Of a stretch of DNA of 31,960 nucleotides, positions 23,988 through 31,960 are shown in pieces (within the stretch, counting starts at the first letter, position 1; each line of letters begins with the position of its first letter). The position numbers were made by a program, and so were the translations under genes. This DNA comes from an uncultured bacterium (GTDB taxonomy: Bacteria; T1Sed10-126), in assembly GCA_964555265.1 (NCBI GenBank), contig CAZKRS010000001.1, positions 1 through 31,960 of the forward strand, written 5' to 3'. The notes below the pieces were generated by a model, which was given only the letters and a program-made list of their open reading frames with translations, searched no databases and had not been told where the DNA came from.

Positions 23988-26255
23988 TCACAGATTTTCT
24001 GCTTCATCCATTGCTTTAATCCGTTCCCACCGTTGATCGACGTCGTTCTGAATTTTTTGAACCTGCTCCGGATACTGATCGGAGTTCAGGTGGGCAAACG
24101 CCCGGCCCAGGTTCTGAAGCAGTTCCTCGACCGGTTCCTTTTTATTGCGCCGTTCCGGATCATAATTAAGAGTGGTTACGCCATTTTCCACCTCATAAAG
24201 CGGGAAAACACAGCTATCAACAGCATGCTGAACCGCATCCATTCCCTTCACGGCGGGCATCCCCCAGTTAAGGGGACAGACGGAAAAGAACCGTCCAAAA
24301 ACAAAATTGCCATTGCGCACATGTTCCTGGGCTTTACGGGCTTTTTTAATCATATCCTGGGGTTTGGTTTCCGCTGCATGGAACAGATAAGGAGCATAAG
24401 TCCCCCGCAGTATTTCCAGTGTATCCCGGTGAGCCCCCGACTTACCAACCTGCTGGGGACCGACGTGGGCGTTAGAGTTTATCTGACCTTCTATACCTGA
24501 GTAACAGACCTGGCCCCCGGTATTCATATAACCTTTGTTGTCGTATTCAAGCATAATGAAAGCGTCATTACGCTGGGCGGCTCCGATAACCTGGTCCATG
24601 CCAATATCCATCCCCCCGTCACCGGAGACCGCAATCACGGTGATATCATCATCAATTTTACCCTGGCGTTTGAACCGTTCATACATCTCAACAATCCCGG
24701 TGGCACTGCTGGAACCGTTGTGAAACAGGTTATGGAAATAGGGCATCTTGAAGGAAGTTTCCGGGAAACCGGTCGTTACAACCATCCCGCAGCCGGTATT
24801 AAACAAAACAGCCACATGACCTTCAATCCCTTTAAGAAAGATACTGAGGTTGGCAAAAATTCCACAACCGGGGCAAGCAGCATGGGGCCCGATCCGGTTC
24901 GGAATTTCCGAAAGTTCCTGGATATTAACCCGTTCTCTTTTCTTCTCGTCGCCAGTATCTAACGTTACCAGGCATTCATCCTTGGAAATCGGCTCCATCA
25001 CCTCTTCAAAATCCTGGTCGGGCTCACCCGCCCAGGCGCCGTGATACGATTTTTCTTTATCTTCCTCGGGGATATCCGGATAATCACGGGCAAGTTCCAA
25101 CATCTCCCGGGCGTCATTTTCATCAAACTTCAAACCACCAACCCCGTATGTCTTCTGGATCAATTCCGTATCCCGACCATTATCGTGGAGCAGAGCTCCA
25201 AGTTCATTGTAGAGATAATTGCCGGCTCCATACTGGGAGACACGTTCGGCAACCGTCAGGGTCTCGATACCTTCCATAGCGTCCAGGAAACTTTCCTCGG
25301 GGAAAGGTCGAAGCACCATCGGCTGAATCAACCGCGAGGGCTGACCGTCTTCGGCCAGGTCATCGACGGCAACTTTTGCCGTCTCCGAGGCGGTATTGAG
25401 GGCGACCATCCCGGGGATCCCCGACTCGTCGGAACCATAGGTCATAACCTCGTTATAATTTCTGCCGGAAAGTTCGGCAAATTCATCAAATAATTCAGGG
25501 ATTAACCCGGCAGCCTCCTCCATTTTTTCTTCAAGCACAACTTTGGTATTAATAAGATCATCGTTCATATACGGTCCAAACGTGCGCGGATCATCCATAT
25601 CTAAAAATGAAGGCCGTTCGGGTTTTTCGCCGACAAAATCCCGGACGGTATCTTTGGAATCAAAAATTTCAATTTTTCTTACCCCGTGGGAGGTATGAAA
25701 ACCATCGTAAACAACCAGGCAGGGCAGGTTCACGGCTTCGGCCAGCCGGGGAGCTATAATATTCATATCGTAAGCAGCCTGCACGGTAGGAGCAAGCAAG
25801 ATCATCCAACCCCAGCCCAGGGCCGCCGCCAGGTCACTGTGACCGTTTTTAATATTCAGCGGAGCAGATACATCCCGGGTAGCAATATTTAGAACAACTG
25901 GCAAACCAAGACCACTTATGGCCGGCATCTCCTCCCCTTTGAGCAGCACTCCGTTGGCGGAAGTAACATCTACAACCCGCCCCCCGGCAAGCGACATTCC
26001 GGCGGCTATACTGATCGCCGCCAGTTCACTTGTCCCCCGGACCAGTTCCACGTCAGTTTCCCCTTCGGCGTAAAGGCGGTCAACCTCCTCGCCAACATTA
26101 CTGGAAGGAGTAATCGGGTAGTAGCCCTCGCCGTCATAACCAACATGAACAATCGAGCGGGCAACAGCATCGTTACCGTTTAATACTACAGTTTTCTGGT
26201 CGGCCGAACCTTCTGTTACACCTGCTTTTTTAGTCTCTGTTTTAGTAGAACTCAT
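23988..26255 (-). CDS. Pyruvate/2-oxoacid:ferredoxin oxidoreductase, fused alpha-beta chain
   Basis: Alpha motifs YYPITPSS, SELAA, TRDVSAPLNI, DGFHTSH; beta motifs ACPGC, TGCG, TPP-binding GDGG...DNKGYMNTGGQ, SVCP. Confidence 0.92.
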   Translation of the reverse strand: MSSTKTETKKAGVTEGSADQKTVVLNGNDAVARSIVHVGYDGEGYYPITPSSNVGEEVDRLYAEGETDVELVRGTSELAAISIAAGMSLAGGRVVDVTSANGVLLKGEEMPAISGLGLPVVLNIATRDVSAPLNIKNGHSDLAAALGWGWMILLAPTVQAAYDMNIIAPRLAEAVNLPCLVVYDGFHTSHGVRKIEIFDSKDTVRDFVGEKPERPSFLDMDDPRTFGPYMNDDLINTKVVLEEKMEEAAGLIPELFDEFAELSGRNYNEVMTYGSDESGIPGMVALNTASETAKVAVDDLAEDGQPSRLIQPMVLRPFPEESFLDAMEGIETLTVAERVSQYGAGNYLYNELGALLHDNGRDTELIQKTYGVGGLKFDENDAREMLELARDYPDIPEEDKEKSYHGAWAGEPDQDFEEVMEPISKDECLVTLDTGDEKKRERVNIQELSEIPNRIGPHAACPGCGIFANLSIFLKGIEGHVAVLFNTGCGMVVTTGFPETSFKMPYFHNLFHNGSSSATGIVEMYERFKRQGKIDDDITVIAVSGDGGMDIGMDQVIGAAQRNDAFIMLEYDNKGYMNTGGQVCYSGIEGQINSNAHVGPQQVGKSGAHRDTLEILRGTYAPYLFHAAETKPQDMIKKARKAQEHVRNGNFVFGRFFSVCPLNWGMPAVKGMDAVQHAVDSCVFPLYEVENGVTTLNYDPERRNKKEPVEELLQNLGRAFAHLNSDQYPEQVQKIQNDVDQRWERIKAMDEAENL

Positions 26256-27196
26256 ACCTGGGCCTCCTCTTTAGTGGGCCGGGTCAGGGCCTTACCTTGC
26301 TTGGTTTCCGGACAAACTTCCACGCAGCGCATACAACGTTTACAGATTCCGTTGTTAATTCCTTTCATCTGCTGGTCAATATAAATAACAGCCCCCGGAT
26401 CCGGACAGACCATCAAACATTTTCCGCAGTTTATACAGACCTCCCGGTCAAACTCGGGGGCCTCGGCCATCGCCTGGTTACGGATCGGATCCGGCTGGGT
26501 CAGAAAATGCTTTGCGGGCAAGCTTCCACCGTAGGGCATGTTTTCATAACCCACAGGTCCTTTCTGAATCCCGGTCGGATTGATCTCGCTGTATTCTTCT
26601 TTCGGTTCAAATTCCGCTTCTTTCATCAGTTCACTCGCCTTGTTAAAAGCCGCCAGGTTTGCCTCCTTGAACGCCGGCCATTTTTCCTCCACCTTCTCTT
26701 CAAGTTTATCAAGCGGAAAATCAAGGACGGAAGCCAGCGCCCAGAGCATGGGCATGTTCAGCCGGGAACCAATCTCATCAACTACCCGGCTGGCGTCCAG
26801 GGTAATAATTTTACCGCTGTATAATTCAAAATCATCCCGGAATTCTTCCGGATCTTCGGGTGTGTTTAAAACAACCGTTGCGTCATGTTGCAAACCCTTG
26901 TGAAAACCCTGTTTCAAAGCAATCCTGGGATAAAATCCAACAAGTATATGCGGCGTATTGGTGGGGCCACTTGTCCGGACTTCAACATCCTCCGAGCAAA
27001 AACGGATGGAAACCGATGTCGGTGTCCCCTGCTTCTCCGAGCCGTATTTGGCGTCATAACCGCCGTCCAGTCCAAACTCCCGGACCCCCAGCTCAAATAA
27101 CATCTTCCCAATCGTATTCGCCCCGTCGCCGCCAAGGGCCGAAACAAGGACATTACAGAATCCTCTTTCGTCAGTGTAAGGCAATGAGTAACTCAC
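26252..27196 (-). CDS. 2-oxoacid:ferredoxin oxidoreductase, fused gamma-delta chain
   Basis: Gamma motifs LGGDGA, YGSEKQGTP, LNTPE, NMPML; two ferredoxin motifs CINCGKCLMVCP and CKRCMRCVEVCP; GTG start with GGGAGG; ATGA coupling to the alpha-beta gene. Confidence 0.92.
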   Translation of the reverse strand: MSYSLPYTDERGFCNVLVSALGGDGANTIGKMLFELGVREFGLDGGYDAKYGSEKQGTPTSVSIRFCSEDVEVRTSGPTNTPHILVGFYPRIALKQGFHKGLQHDATVVLNTPEDPEEFRDDFELYSGKIITLDASRVVDEIGSRLNMPMLWALASVLDFPLDKLEEKVEEKWPAFKEANLAAFNKASELMKEAEFEPKEEYSEINPTGIQKGPVGYENMPYGGSLPAKHFLTQPDPIRNQAMAEAPEFDREVCINCGKCLMVCPDPGAVIYIDQQMKGINNGICKRCMRCVEVCPETKQGKALTRPTKEEAQV

Positions 27197-27248
27197 GTTT
27201 GAACCTCCCGATAATTTTAAACCAGCAGATTATTTTAACCTAAACAAA

Positions 27249-27286
27249 TGATAATTATTATAGCATATCACTAAATTTGTAATCAA
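27249..27286 (-). promoter_or_regulatory. Extended -10 promoter of the oxidoreductase operon overlapped by a Fur/PerR-like 7-1-7 box
   Basis: Minus strand TTGATT (27286-27281), 18 nt, TG-c-TATAAT (-10 at 27262-27257); plus strand TGATAAT-T-ATTATAG at 27249-27263, 12/14 to TGATAATnATTATCA. Confidence 0.6.
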
Positions 27287-27342
27287 TCATTACGGCAGCA
27301 CAACTAAATTTTTACTTGACAGAAAAAGTTACCCGCACGCAA

Positions 27343-28203
27343 TTATTTCCCGAGATCTTTTACAAACTTTTGTTTGGAAACTTCCCAGCGGGGAGCCAGC
27401 AGCAACCGGCGGGGGGCGTCACCGATCAGGCGGTGAATAACTGTTTTGTCAGGCAAAATATCCAGGGCCCGTTTTACGATCTCAACATATTCCTCGTAAG
27501 AGAGAGGACTGTATTCGCCGGCCCGGTAACGGCGGGCCAGCGGCGTTCCCCGGACAACCTGCAGATGATGAAACTTTATCCCCTCAAGTTTATACCGGTT
27601 AATCTCCCGAACGGACTTCTCCATATCCACCAGGTCTTCGCCGGGAAGACCAAAAATAAGATGGGCACAAACGTTAAGACCAGGATATTCTTTGAGCCTC
27701 CCGAGAGCTTCCTGGTAGTCAGAAAAACCATGACCGCGGTTAATTCGAGCAAGCGTCCGCTCATTTGCCGTCTGCTGGCCAATTTCAACCCAGATTTCTC
27801 GCCCGGCGGCAGAATATGCCCCCAGTAAATCAATCACCTCTTCTGGCAGGCAATCGGGCCGGGTTCCGATACAGAGACCAAGGACATCATCAAGAACAAG
27901 GGCCCGCTCATAGAACTCTTTTAACTCTTCAACCGGCCCATAGGTGTTGGTATGAGCCTGGAAATAAACCAGGAATTTCTCTGCGTTTTTTCTCCGGAAT
28001 ATTTTTTTGCCTGCTTCAACCTGTTCTTCAATACTGATGTTTTTATCAACATACGGGGGCTGAAAAGCGTCATTACGGCAGTAGATGCAGCCGCCCCGCC
28101 CCACTTCACCGTCAATATTCGGGCAGGTAAACCCGGCGTCGACCGGGATTTTGTAGACTTTCCGGCCAAATTTTTCCCGAACGTAATCAGCAAAACTGCG
28201 CAT
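27343..28203 (-). CDS. TIGR01212 (YhcC/YtqA) family radical SAM protein
   Basis: DAGFTCPNIDG...GGCIYC (Cx11Cx2C), YFQAHTNTY, GTRPDC, HLIFGLPGE, VIHRL. Confidence 0.92.
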   Translation of the reverse strand: MRSFADYVREKFGRKVYKIPVDAGFTCPNIDGEVGRGGCIYCRNDAFQPPYVDKNISIEEQVEAGKKIFRRKNAEKFLVYFQAHTNTYGPVEELKEFYERALVLDDVLGLCIGTRPDCLPEEVIDLLGAYSAAGREIWVEIGQQTANERTLARINRGHGFSDYQEALGRLKEYPGLNVCAHLIFGLPGEDLVDMEKSVREINRYKLEGIKFHHLQVVRGTPLARRYRAGEYSPLSYEEYVEIVKRALDILPDKTVIHRLIGDAPRRLLLAPRWEVSKQKFVKDLGK

Positions 28204-28369
28204 CCTTTTTAAACAGCCTCCCGCTGGTTTTTACTGTTTTGTTTTTTAACCCCAAAAGGGCGCATCGCAGGGCGCAGGGTGCGTGGAGCCAAACGCACAA
28301 AATTAAACCCTGAAAACCCGCTATGTCGGCCCAAACGAATTCGGTTTTCGTTTCCCGGGGCAAAAATTT

Positions 28370-29494
28370 TTATTTTTGAAATCTTTGTGGCAAAAACGGT
28401 TCGGCCAGATCGGGGATATTATCCTCCAGTATCATTTCTCTCACCAGTTCAACAGTCACCGGGACCATCAAAATTCCGTTCCGGTAATGACCTGCTGCAA
28501 AAAACAGATTGGGAGTTCCGGGACCGGGACCGATTACGGGCAGAGAATCTATGGTTGCCGGCCGGTGGCCGACCCAGCTTTCCAGAAACGGCTGGTCTTT
28601 TATTCCCGGCAAAACCTCGGCGGCGGCAAACAGAAGATCATACGCACCGCCGGCTCGAACCCGGCTCTCAAACCCCTTTTCTTCCATGGTTGCTCCCAGC
28701 AATAGCCGGTCGGGATAATGGGGAACACAGTAAACATCGGGCGTCTGGATAACATGGCCGGGAGAAAAATTAGGATCAATTCCCACCGCCACGGCCTGAC
28801 CTTTTACCGGTCGAAACGGAAGCCGGTCGGCAGCCTTTAAACCGGGAATCATCCCCGACCAGGCCCCGGCGGCAACCACCAGCTGCTTAAGGGGGTATTG
28901 TGCAATCTCGGTCTTCACCGCTTCCGCAGCGCTATCATTCGCATATTTTATATCAACCACCGGCTCGTTGGTATGGATTTCAACGCCCTGTTCGCGGCAG
29001 TAAATAGCAAGAGCCGTCGACAGCTTGCGGTTATCAATTTTCTGTTCGGATTCAACAAGTAGTCCCTCCAGGACCTCATCGGCCAGCAAAGGTTCCATTT
29101 CTTTTAATTTTTTGGCCGAAATCTTCTTTACGCTTAATCCGATCCGTTCCTGGTATTCATAAAGCCGGTTCAATTCACTGGCCTGCCGGGGCTGAAGGGC
29201 GGTAAATATGGTTCCCTTCCGCCGGTAGTCAAGATCCATCTCCACAACTGACTTCAGACGGCTAACAAAACCGGGATATCTATTAAGACTCTCAACACCA
29301 AGTTCAAGCAGATCAAACTCTTCAAACTCAAGCTCCATTATTGGCGCCAGCATACCGCCGGAAGCATGGGTGGCCTCCCGACCCAGGTAATCCCGGTCAA
29401 ACAGAATCACCCTCTCCAGGTCTTCAGCCAGCCAACCGGCTATGGCCATACCGATGCACCCGCCGCCTATAACTGCCAGGTCGGCTTTTTCCAT
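28370..29494 (-). CDS. thiO: Glycine oxidase ThiO (FAD-dependent)
   Basis: GGGCIG FAD loop, ASGGMLAP, AAGAWS, RPVKGQ, GATME, WVGHRP, GHYRNGIL. Confidence 0.85.
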   Translation of the reverse strand: MEKADLAVIGGGCIGMAIAGWLAEDLERVILFDRDYLGREATHASGGMLAPIMELEFEEFDLLELGVESLNRYPGFVSRLKSVVEMDLDYRRKGTIFTALQPRQASELNRLYEYQERIGLSVKKISAKKLKEMEPLLADEVLEGLLVESEQKIDNRKLSTALAIYCREQGVEIHTNEPVVDIKYANDSAAEAVKTEIAQYPLKQLVVAAGAWSGMIPGLKAADRLPFRPVKGQAVAVGIDPNFSPGHVIQTPDVYCVPHYPDRLLLGATMEEKGFESRVRAGGAYDLLFAAAEVLPGIKDQPFLESWVGHRPATIDSLPVIGPGPGTPNLFFAAGHYRNGILMVPVTVELVREMILEDNIPDLAEPFLPQRFQK

Positions 29495-29515
29495 TATTTA
29501 CACTTCCCGGAAAGA

Positions 29516-31201
29516 TCAGCTGAGTTCGGGTTGTTTCAAAACAGCACCTTTATCGGTGGTATCAACAAGGGTCCGGTAGCGAGCCAGATAACTGTTGTTT
29601 ATCAACTCGCGCTCGGGAGGAACTGCAGGCGGACGGTCTAAAAAATCATCCTCTTTAACTTCAAGTTTCTTTTCATGAAGATTTATAGAAATTATATCTC
29701 CGTCCTGTAGTTTACTGATTGGCCCTTCAAGAGCCGCCTCGGGCGCGATATGACCGATACAGGGGCCTCGGCTGCCGCCTGAAAAGCGGCCGTCGGTCAA
29801 GAGAGCTGTGGAATCACCCAGCCCGCTGCCCATCAAATTGGCGGTGGGGGCCAGCATTTCCCGCATTCCCGGGCCTCCGGCCGGACCTTCAAAACGGATC
29901 ACAATTACTGACCCTGGCTCCACGTCATGGTTAAGAATCGCCCGGTTAGCCTCTTCCTCACAACCAAACACCCGGGCCGGTCCCTCGTGAACCCACATAT
30001 TTTCGTCCACCGCCGCCGATTTAACAGCCGCTCCCCGGGGAGCCAGGTTACCAAACAGCACCTTCAGTCCCCCCTGGGAGGAGTAAGCATTATCAACAGT
30101 TCTAATAACCTCCCCGTCAGGGTCCGAAGCCAGCCGGGCCACTTCAGAAGTGGTCCCCCCGCCAACGGTTGGTGGCTCGGAATTTAGCAGCTCTTCGGCA
30201 AGCAGTTCTTTAATTACCGTCGAAACGCCTCCGGCTTGCCCCACATCCTCCATGTGATAATTGGATGAAGGAGCCACCTTACAGAGGGTGGGCGTGAGAT
30301 CAGAAATTTCGTTTACTCGCTCCAATGAATAATTCACTCCCGCTTCGGCCGCTATCGCCAGACCGTGCAGAAGCATGTTGGTCGAGCAACCCATGGCCAG
30401 GCCAACTGTAAAGGCGTTGTCCAGGGCTTTGGCGGTTAAATACTCCCGGGCCGTCCTGTTATTTTTGACAAGTTTGATTATTTTCTTTCCTGCTCGCCGG
30501 CCCAGCTCTTCTCGCTCTTCACTTTTAGCCAGGGCGGTTCCGTTCCCGGGCAGCCCCAGCCCAAGAGACTCGGTAAAACAGTTCATGGAATTAGCGGTAA
30601 ACATCCCGCTGCAGGAACCACAATCCGGACAACCCCTCTCTTCCAGTTTGGAAAGCTCCTCGTCGGTAATCTCCCCTTCCTTGTAGGCGGCCACCCCTTC
30701 AAATACGCTTATCAGATCGACCGCCTCGCCATCGGCAGTCCTGCCGGCGGGCATCGGCCCGCCACTGCAAAAAATTGTCGGAAGATCAAGCCGGGCGGCA
30801 GCCATCAACATCCCCGGCACAACCTTGTCACAATTAGGAATACAGACCAGCCCGTCAAACTGATGGGCCTGAACCGCCGACTCCACGGTATCGGCTATCA
30901 GCTCCCGGCTGGGCAATGAGTAGTTCATGCCGGCATGGCCCATCGCTATCCCATCACAGATAGCCATCGTATTAAATTCAAAAGGCACACCTCCGGCCGA
31001 CCGTATTGCCTCTTTGATAATTTTTGCAAATTCGTCCAGGTGGGCATGGCCGGGAACCACATCCGTATAAGAATTTGCCACCCCGATAAACGGCTTGTTA
31101 AAATCTTCCTGCTCGACTCCGGTCGCCCGCAACAATGAACGGTGGGGGGCTCTCTGAACCCCGTGCTTAACATTTAAGCTGCGCTGTTTATCTTTTTCCA
31201 T
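29516..31201 (-). CDS. ilvD: Dihydroxy-acid dehydratase
   Basis: PHRSLLRATG, CDGIAMGH, NCDKVVPG, CGSCSGMFTANSMNC, EGPAGGPGMREM, TDGRFSGG. Confidence 0.97.
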   Translation of the reverse strand: MEKDKQRSLNVKHGVQRAPHRSLLRATGVEQEDFNKPFIGVANSYTDVVPGHAHLDEFAKIIKEAIRSAGGVPFEFNTMAICDGIAMGHAGMNYSLPSRELIADTVESAVQAHQFDGLVCIPNCDKVVPGMLMAAARLDLPTIFCSGGPMPAGRTADGEAVDLISVFEGVAAYKEGEITDEELSKLEERGCPDCGSCSGMFTANSMNCFTESLGLGLPGNGTALAKSEEREELGRRAGKKIIKLVKNNRTAREYLTAKALDNAFTVGLAMGCSTNMLLHGLAIAAEAGVNYSLERVNEISDLTPTLCKVAPSSNYHMEDVGQAGGVSTVIKELLAEELLNSEPPTVGGGTTSEVARLASDPDGEVIRTVDNAYSSQGGLKVLFGNLAPRGAAVKSAAVDENMWVHEGPARVFGCEEEANRAILNHDVEPGSVIVIRFEGPAGGPGMREMLAPTANLMGSGLGDSTALLTDGRFSGGSRGPCIGHIAPEAALEGPISKLQDGDIISINLHEKKLEVKEDDFLDRPPAVPPERELINNSYLARYRTLVDTTDKGAVLKQPELS

Positions 31202-31440
31202 GGAATTTCCCTCCAGAATTTAAATTAACTGGAACTATTAAACTACGATTGGCCTTTATTGTATCAACATTTTCCCTGAAGATAAAAAAAATATATTTGC
31301 TGGAATAAAATCAAAAACTAAAAAGTTATAAAAACCATGGAGAAAAAAAGATGTTTATAAATTGCTGTAAAAAAGGGGGGAGCAACCCAAATCCCGGAGA
31401 AAATTTTTATTCTATAACCTTATAAGAAGGAGTGGTTAAA

Positions 31441-31884
31441 ATGGCTTTAATGCGTCGTGGCACACCGTTTCGCGGACTTCGTAATCTTGAGCGCCAGCTG
31501 GAGGATATGTTTCCCTGGCGGAGCGAAGAGGGAGAGGAAGAAGCAGCTCTCTCCGCCTGGAGTCCACGGGTAGACATTTACGAGGAAGGCGACAACCTCA
31601 TTTTTGAATGTGAAGCTCCCGGTGTAAATAAGGACGACATTGACGTAAGCGTCGAGAATAACCGCCTGACGATCACCGGCGAGCGTCGGGAGGAGAAAAC
31701 CGTGGAAGACGAGGATCGCAACTACTACCGGTCCGAGCAGCGGTTTGGAACCTTCCAGCGCGCTTTTTCACTGCCGGACGGTGTAAACACTGAAGCTATC
31801 AGCGCCAGTTATGATAATGGGGTGCTGAAAGTCACTGTTCCGGAAGGAGCACAACCAAGCCGCGAGTCGATTGAAATCGAATAG
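31441..31884 (+). CDS. Hsp20/alpha-crystallin small heat-shock protein
   Basis: WSPRVDIYE, PGVNKDDIDV, FGTFQRAFSLP, ASYDNGVLKVTVP; AAGGAG RBS before ATG 31441. Confidence 0.95.
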   Translation: MALMRRGTPFRGLRNLERQLEDMFPWRSEEGEEEAALSAWSPRVDIYEEGDNLIFECEAPGVNKDDIDVSVENNRLTITGERREEKTVEDEDRNYYRSEQRFGTFQRAFSLPDGVNTEAISASYDNGVLKVTVPEGAQPSRESIEIE

Positions 31885-31904
31885 AACTACCGACTACCCG
31901 GTCG

Positions 31905-31935
31905 ACCGCCCGGCATTGGGCCGGGCGGTTTTTTT
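31905..31935 (+). terminator. Rho-independent terminator of hsp20
   Basis: ACCGCCCGGC-attgg-GCCGGGCGGT 10-bp stem followed by a T-run. Confidence 0.9.
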
Positions 31936-31960
31936 ATGTACTTTTTTATAGGTCAGGCCA

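Noticed and set aside
27343-28203. Non-canonical Cx11Cx2C motif in the second radical SAM gene
   Set aside because: This spacing is normal for the TIGR01212/YhcC family
31202-31440. CIRCE, sigma32 promoter or RNA thermometer before hsp20
   Set aside because: No TTAGCACTC-N9-GAGTGCTAA; only a weak TTGCTG..CCCAAAT match and a weak AT hairpin near the SD
1-31960. rRNA, tRNA, integrase, transposase or prophage genes
   Set aside because: No such sequence recognised, and the intergenic gaps are short and otherwise explained

Overview
About 32 kb of chromosome from a diderm, probably anaerobic bacterium (outer-membrane systems, 2-oxoacid:ferredoxin oxidoreductase, many acidic proteins). It holds about 33 genuine CDS: housekeeping genes (dapF, ThiF/MoeB-family, DHH phosphoesterase, dtd, DedA, FIST, thiO, ilvD, Hsp20, TIGR01212 radical SAM), an mlaE-F-D-C-A operon without mlaB, an LpoB-like/COG3014/LPP20/LPP20/FecR cluster, a CDF exporter with ND/DD motifs, and a pairwise-fused PFOR (gamma-delta plus alpha-beta). 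Best leads: (1) a six-gene ArsR - MMPL/RND - DUF2892 - LolA-like - OM beta-barrel - Zn-ribbon operon with a perfect 16-bp palindrome in its promoter spacer, a candidate thiol/persulfide-regulated trans-envelope transporter; (2) an intact radical SAM/SPASM gene whose CxxxCxxC motif reads SxxxCxxW, a candidate pseudo-enzyme; (3) two 192/193-identical copies of a 193-bp MITE, each with its own 7-bp target duplication, one nested in the end of a related older element; (4) an (AAGTGTGA)7 microsatellite and a strong CCGG excess. No rRNA, tRNA, CRISPR array or autonomous transposase was seen. Family names come from motif recognition, not database searches.
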